The notes beneath the pieces were generated by a model. It saw nothing but the letters and a program-made list of their open reading frames with translations, made no database searches and had not been told where the DNA came from. Positions 34,199-64,000 of a stretch of 64,000 bases of DNA are shown piece by piece; the stretch's first letter is position 1; each line of letters begins with the position of its first letter. The stretch lies in the NCBI RefSeq assembly GCF_009914755.1, contig NC_060925.1. The stretch is one strand, 5' to 3'. Made by a program: the position numbers and the translations under genes. Source of the stretch: the human T2T-CHM13v2.0 reference genome, Homo sapiens.

Positions 34199-35909
34199 TT
34201 TTCCCTAAGACAAGGACAGTTCTAACCTTGTGGAGGGCACAGGAGGAGCAGTCTTCTGTGATGAACTCAGGGACATGCTTTAAGGGGGTACATCAGTGAT
34301 GTGGTGTGGGCCAGAACAGAATCACTCATTTTTCGGATGTGCTTAAGTGCTCCTAAAATAGTTGCAATTCACTTTTGGTAGTGGAACCCAGCAACTGGGA
34401 CAGGTGTGGATTCTCTAAAAGGGGGATGGAAGCATATGCGACCCTCCTCTGTAGCCCACATCATGGCAGTTCATCCCAAAAATAAACAAGTATTAACAAA
34501 AATGTTTTAGTGAATAAAATGCTACCTTCCTAAAAATGATCAATTAAAAAATAAGGAGTTTGACTAGTATAGGGACTATGCGGTGAGGATAAAGTCTCCT
34601 ATGGTTCCATATTTAGTTCTTCCAAGTATTTTGGAGAGTAAGTGAATAATTGACAGAACTGTATTTCCTTTTTAACATCCTGTGTCCTCCTGTGTCAGCG
34701 AGTAGTGGAGATACTAGAAAAAAACCACTTAGCAAATGAGCTGCATGTAACGTAAGGGGACTAGCTTACATTTGGGCCTTGAAGGTAGGAAATTTGCTGC
34801 CGTTCACTGGATACCTCAATATTTGTGCGCATTCCAAAGGAGAATGGGATTGTCACTATTTTTCAAAACTCTTGCTCAGTTCAACTCTTACCTTTCCTTA
34901 CAGAAAGCTTTTCTAAGCTCAGTCTGTTACATTCAAACCCACACTAAAAGCTGACCATGATTAAAAACACTCACAAGCGAACAGAGACCTGCTAGTACAG
35001 CAAACTGTGGGAGATGGCCCCTGAGGTGGCCAGCCAGGCATCTGTTCCCTGCCCACATGATTTGCGGCTGGTTTAAATAGTCCCTGACAGGTCACCACAG
35101 GCCACCCTCAGTCCCATTCTGGTCTTGTTGCATTCTCATTGGCTTAGAGAATAGACTGAATGGTGGGTGGCAGAGCCACGTCTCCATACACGTATGTTTT
35201 GGGGGAGCGCAGCGGCGCCCTGCTCCGCCTTTTGAGAACTGTCACTAAGTAAAGGTCAGCCATGTAGGGTATGCTTGACAGGGAGTTCCTGCTTCTAAGT
35301 TTTCAGGTGCAGCCTCAGCTCTTCATACCCTGACCGGGCCCTTCTGCTACCACTACCCCGGTGTGTTCACACTTCCCTTCTCTCCAATTGTGCCCCTCAA
35401 CACTCCACACACCCGTACCCCAATCTTGCTCAGTTCCAGTCTTCCTACTGTGTTTCCTATCAATTTAAACAGGAATTGGTAAAACACTTTATAATATGCT
35501 TTCGTGTTTCAATTAACCGTTTAACTATCCTAAGGTAAATAAGATAGGTATTACTCATTCCAGTTTTTTTTCTTTTTTAAAGAAAACTGAGGCTTAATGA
35601 GCTAAAACACACCCCAGGTTCCACAGCAGCCAGTGGAGGAGACGGGCTTGGGCTGTCCTTCCTTCTACTGCCAGTGGCCAGGGAGGGCAAGGACTGCTGC
35701 TTCTCTCTAATCCTCACCAACACTGGGTACAGTTCGAAACAGAACAGGCCCTTGAGGGATCTTTCCCAGTAATGAGCCAAAGACATCCTGACATGAAAAG
35801 CCGTAGCTTCCCCAGAAACTCAGCTTTGAGGGGCTGGCTGGGCACTCCAAGTTAGAGATATTCCAGGAACAGGGTAGACAAAGACCAACTCATTCTCACA
35901 AGCTACTTA

Positions 35910-38258
<2,349 letters not shown>

Positions 38259-38315
38259 CAGTATTATTTTTTTTAAATGTATCTTGGTTTTTAATGAGTG
38301 GATTTGTTTACACGG

Positions 38316-38385
<70 letters not shown>
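38316..38385. repeat. Compound (TG)n(TA)n(T)n microsatellite
   Basis: Read directly. Confidence 0.9.
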
Positions 38386-38386
<1 letters not shown>

Positions 38387-40011
38387 ACGCATCCTCAGGA
38401 TAAAATGTCAGGAACAGGCTACACTGCTTTTGTAGTTAGCCTCAAAATGTCCAGGTGTGTAGGATGTAGGTGGGTGATGGTAGGAAAACTACGATTCAGC
38501 CCCTAAAGTAAAAAAAGAAACACAGTTCAATCATTAAAAATGAAAGCCCTCAAAGAGAGGCGTCAGTAGCCTTTACCTCACTCAGGAGTTCAGCAAGTTT
38601 TTACTGTCTATCTCCAGGTCTGCTGCAATCCTTGACACCATTCTGTCCACAAATCCTCAAGACGCGCCAGTCTCCATGCCTGTGTACACTCCCCTCTGCT
38701 CAGGATCGCACACAACACTTTACTCTTGTATTCTGTCAAGGTCCCAAGCTGGGACTCTCAGGGCAGCACTTATAGACAGGTGTGATCACGAACCTTTTCC
38801 AAGTCAGTAAAGTATCTCTTTCCACAGAAATGTCAACACAGCATCTGTATACTTATCAGCTACTTGATTTATATAAAAACCATTAATAACTCGTTGATGA
38901 AGACTACGTTGTGAAACCAATTTTTAAAATTCTAGAGAAAAAATTATTCAAAATCCTAGGTCTTAATTTCATTTTTACTGTTAAAATAATTTTTAAAAAC
39001 TCAACCATTTGGGTGTAATAGCTACTAACTTAGAGAGAAACAGGATTAAAAGAGGGAGCTTTTTCTTCCCTTGAACAGGATGACTGTACTTCACACGGTA
39101 AGAGCAGTCGTTCTACGTCCACGCGATCAGTGGGTTCTGGGGCATGATCAGATGGGCTTTCCTGCGGTACTGTCCCATACACCAGGGATCACCAGGTTTG
39201 CAGCAGCACGGGAGGGAGATGGGAGCCTGTGTGTCTCGCAGCACATTATCACCCGACAGGGTCCTACAGGTGAGACGTGAACACTGACAGCTGACCTCCA
39301 CGTAAAAGCAAAGCCTCATCTTACGATACAAGTACTCAGCGGTTTCTTACTGGCCATCTGACAAGCTGCTCTTCCTAACTTCTCTTAGTACCTTCCAACA
39401 TGTTCCTAACCCAGACCCTAATGCTGTCCTAACATACAAGCTGCAAAGAGAAAAAGAACAGGCTGCTAATTTCTTCCCTTTGATTTACAAACAGCTCCAT
39501 TAACCTGCTCTTCCAAACATACTCAAGGGCTGGCCTTGCAGCCTGCGGGGGAGACGGCCTGATGCTGGGCTCTGTGAATCCAGGAACCGGACTCTTCACC
39601 ATGTTTAACTTCTGACCTTTTCAGCTGCTGGAGCAAGATGGTTAGTGGGCATTCTACTGGGCCAAGCCGCGGACATGCCAGCAACTCCCTGTCCAACCTC
39701 TGGCCTTTATTTAAAACCCAGATAAACATTGAGTGAGTGATGACACTGGTCAGGACAAAGCTCTGAGAGTACAGTACCTTTCAGTCACATCAATTGCCAT
39801 ATTAGGAAAACCTATAATGGTTTCTAGTATCATTCATGCTTTTGACTAGCTAGGCAGACTGTGGTAAAGATTCATGAGTCATTCTGAAAATACATGAGGC
39901 TGGCTGAATCCCCATACTGAAAGATTAGAACTAAACATCAACAGTAATTTCTAGATAGGTTAGAAAACCACATAAACGTTTCATTCACTAAAATACTTTC
40001 ATTAGTGCTCA

Positions 40012-40017
40012 TTTATT
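40012..40017 (-). terminator. NUP133: Candidate NUP133 polyadenylation signal (AATAAA)
   Basis: tttatt on +, ~585 nt after the stop codon. Confidence 0.65.
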
Positions 40018-40600
40018 ATTTATGTAGAAAAGTTTAAAATGCTCCCAATGAGTTCATCAGTTATCAAGCTCACATGAGTTAGGCCCACTCTCCTTTGGTT
40101 TTTCATCTCATAATAAGTCAGCAAAAGTTGACATTTATCTTACTAGACATTTCCCATTAGCCCTAACTGAAACAGATATCAAACACCCTAGATTCTCTTC
40201 AGTGCAAAGTATCTGGAGTCACAGCAATTTTAGAGACAAGCTAGTGCAATCTAGTAATTTTCATAGTCGCAGAAACTGAGGCCTAGAAGTGATTTGTACA
40301 TGTGAGCAGCTAGAACCAGGACAAGAACTCCAGAACCTGGGACCACGTGAGAGTAAAAAGAAAGGGCACCGAGTACAGGAACAACAACTGACACATTTCA
40401 GGTGGAAAAAACAAGTCACATAACTGAAAACCAAAATCACAGTTACATAACTATTTTATATTAGCTTCCTACATATAAAGTATAAAAACTCAGCTATACA
40501 TGTTATGAAATTGTACAAACTTACACTTGTTTATGGCCTAAAATTTGTATAAGGACACACTTATACAGATTTCATAAACAATGGCCATTTTTAGAAAAAG

Positions 40601-63629
<23,029 letters not shown>

Positions 63630-64000
63630 CTAGTGATGGCTAAAGGAAAGACTAATAGCATAAAAATTATGCCTCTTCATCACTGCTGGAAAATTACATT
63701 GAACAGGGATTCAGGTGATACCTGTCAATGCCCTGCTTGAATCCCATCTTCTCCAAGGAGATTTCCTCAGCAAAGCCAGGTAAACATGACTCTTCTTCCT
63801 TCTAAATTCCTTTAATGCTACTCCACTTACTTTCTTGTATTAAATCAACATAAAATATAGTCCATACCTCCGGGGCCAGGACTGCTTCTATGAATAACTA
63901 TTTGAACTAAAACCTAGTAAATGCATAAGTACCAGTTGAATACATAAATTATAGAGAGATCGATAAATAAGAGCAAGGGAAGAATAAAGTGATTTTGACA

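Noticed and set aside
63780-64000. Possible next NUP133 exon at the window edge
   Set aside because: No in-frame NUP133-like peptide with suitable splice sites found; exon 17 probably lies outside the window.

Overview
Human (primate) genomic DNA, recognisable as the 1q42 ACTA1/NUP133 region. It contains the complete skeletal-muscle alpha-actin gene ACTA1 on the minus strand: 7 exons, with a 1134-nt CDS reconstructed at GT-AG junctions to 377 aa. Its TATA/CArG/MCAT promoter lies in a CpG island. Upstream on the same strand are the last nine coding exons (18-26) and 3'UTR of NUP133. The ~29 kb downstream of ACTA1 holds no protein gene that I can support. It contains an orphan CpG island (~5.9-6.9 kb), a 7SK pseudogene, a candidate muscle/cardiac enhancer, and a defective HERV-H provirus with both LTR7s, nested with a second Alu and a solo LTR7B-like LTR inside one older Alu. 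It also holds many Alu/L1/MaLR repeats and two long purine/pyrimidine tracts. I found no evidence for a genuinely new gene system. The best second-look items are regulatory and evolutionary: an RE1/REST motif just past the ACTA1 poly(A) site, the multi-level transposon nests, LTR asymmetry, a MER41B with a retained GAS motif in NUP133, and a probable template-switch hairpin. Repeat family names and boundaries were assigned by eye from remembered consensus sequences and are approximate.
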